A stretch of DNA of 61,052 nucleotides, the filler included, from Cladosporium halotolerans (Eukaryota), in the NCBI RefSeq assembly GCF_011745625.1. It is 2 parts of 2 records of this genome, joined end to end, with 100 filler letters (N's around TTAATTAATTAA, not from the genome) between each part and the next. Parts side by side here need not be neighbours in the genome. Positions count along the whole stretch, not along the records: positions 31,053 to 61,052 come from NW_027191530.1; 1 more part is not named here. One strand, 5' to 3'. The notes below the pieces were generated by a model, which did no database searches, had not been told where the DNA came from, and was given only the letters and a program-made list of their open reading frames with translations. A program made the position numbers and the translations under genes. The first letter of the stretch is position 1; each line of letters starts with the position of its first letter. Below, piece by piece: positions 60,031 through 61,052 of the stretch.

Positions 60031-61052
60031 TGCGTGACACAATGTCGCAGATCTTGCACGATACTTTGAGGGTATTCCTCTGCGGATCAAACAGGCCTCA
60101 GCTTTGTATGGTTTTCACGGTGTGGCTGCGCAGGTGCATGAGTAGCTTAAGCGGTGACACGTCTTGCATGAGAGCTTTGTCAGCGACCTGCAAGCCAGTA
60201 CGCTGAGATCATAAGAGCGGCCGCCGGCGGACGTATCTTTCTCGAAATCACAACAAAGTCTTATCGGTCTCTCAAGGATTTGTATATCATCTATAGCATT
60301 GGATGTGTGCAATGTGCTGGCCAAGGCCGACGACGACCTACAAGATCTTCTTTGCATACTTCTGTTGTGTGATCGTGCGACCTTCTTTCGATAATAACAA
60401 GAAGTTTGACTCCCTTACTGCTGTATCTGAGCACATCCGTAACTGAATATGTACACCTTCGCGTTTCACCCTAGAATTCGTCTGAAATTCGACGACTAGT
60501 GCGAGTTGAGGGATAGTAATGGCTGGCTACAATTTCTCCATCATCAGTTTTCATTAGAAAACAGCTGCAGCCTGTCAGTGAAAGGTCAAGGAGTAGCCAT
60601 CTGTTGTGGTCAATGTCCTGTACATAGGTAACATCATGCACGACTATATCAACTAGCAATAACGAGGAGCCCGGAGGCCTTACACATCATCACGCACCTA
60701 TACAGCTCTGAGTTGGCAAGACTGCTATGATCTTGCAACAACGCATATTCGCATGAACGAGAGCTTTGGTTGGTGTTCGACTATGCAAGATGGTGGGGTA
60801 AGCGTCACATACGGACGGCCGAACGCGTCTTCCGCGCCGGTGAAGCTTTTGACGAATGAGGATGCGCTGCGGCCGTGTGCAGGCTGGTCGATGCGCATGG
60901 TGGGGTAGCTGAAGCAGATGGCTGCACTGCTACAGCTTTGTGCGGAGAAAAAAGACGCTTTTCAAGTAAATACTGTGCCTAGTTGGCAGATCTAACCAAT
61001 GGCCGCCACTGTGCGCCCGTCGTCGCAGCTCGACGACAGCGCGTCGACAGGA

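Overview
Eukaryotic DNA from a filamentous ascomycete (short GT..AG introns with CTRAC branch points; RIP-like C-to-T damage in places). It looks like an accessory or mobile-cargo region rather than core chromosome. An artificial 100-bp scaffold linker (44 N + TTAATTAATTAA + 44 N, 30953-31052) splits the window, so adjacency across it is unproven. The left part holds a TIR-bounded element, degenerate inverted/direct repeats around a short Zn2Cys6 gene, a GH18 chitinase, an F-box protein, a Pol-beta-like nucleotidyltransferase candidate, two divergent Skp1-like genes, a secreted protein, a P-loop/RING/patatin protein lacking the patatin catalytic motifs, an MFS transporter, an AA11 LPMO with an altered His brace and a LicD fragment. 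The right part has a compact co-oriented block: MBD4-like G:T glycosylase, BTB protein, unknown 486-aa protein, then ORF1 and an APE-endonuclease/reverse-transcriptase ORF2 of a non-LTR element with only two in-frame stops. After it come a truncated paralogous retroelement fragment, an SRPK-like kinase, a paralogue of the 486-aa protein, a hAT-type MITE, an ART-like protein, RIP-damaged pseudogenes, a Spok (spore killer)-like remnant and an OTT_1508-like deaminase. The gene mix resembles Starship cargo, but no DUF3435 captain is visible. The most interesting hypothesis is an MBD4-like thymine glycosylase travelling with a retroelement as a counter-defence against RIP or 5mC deamination. All family calls come from motifs recognised by eye; no searches were run.
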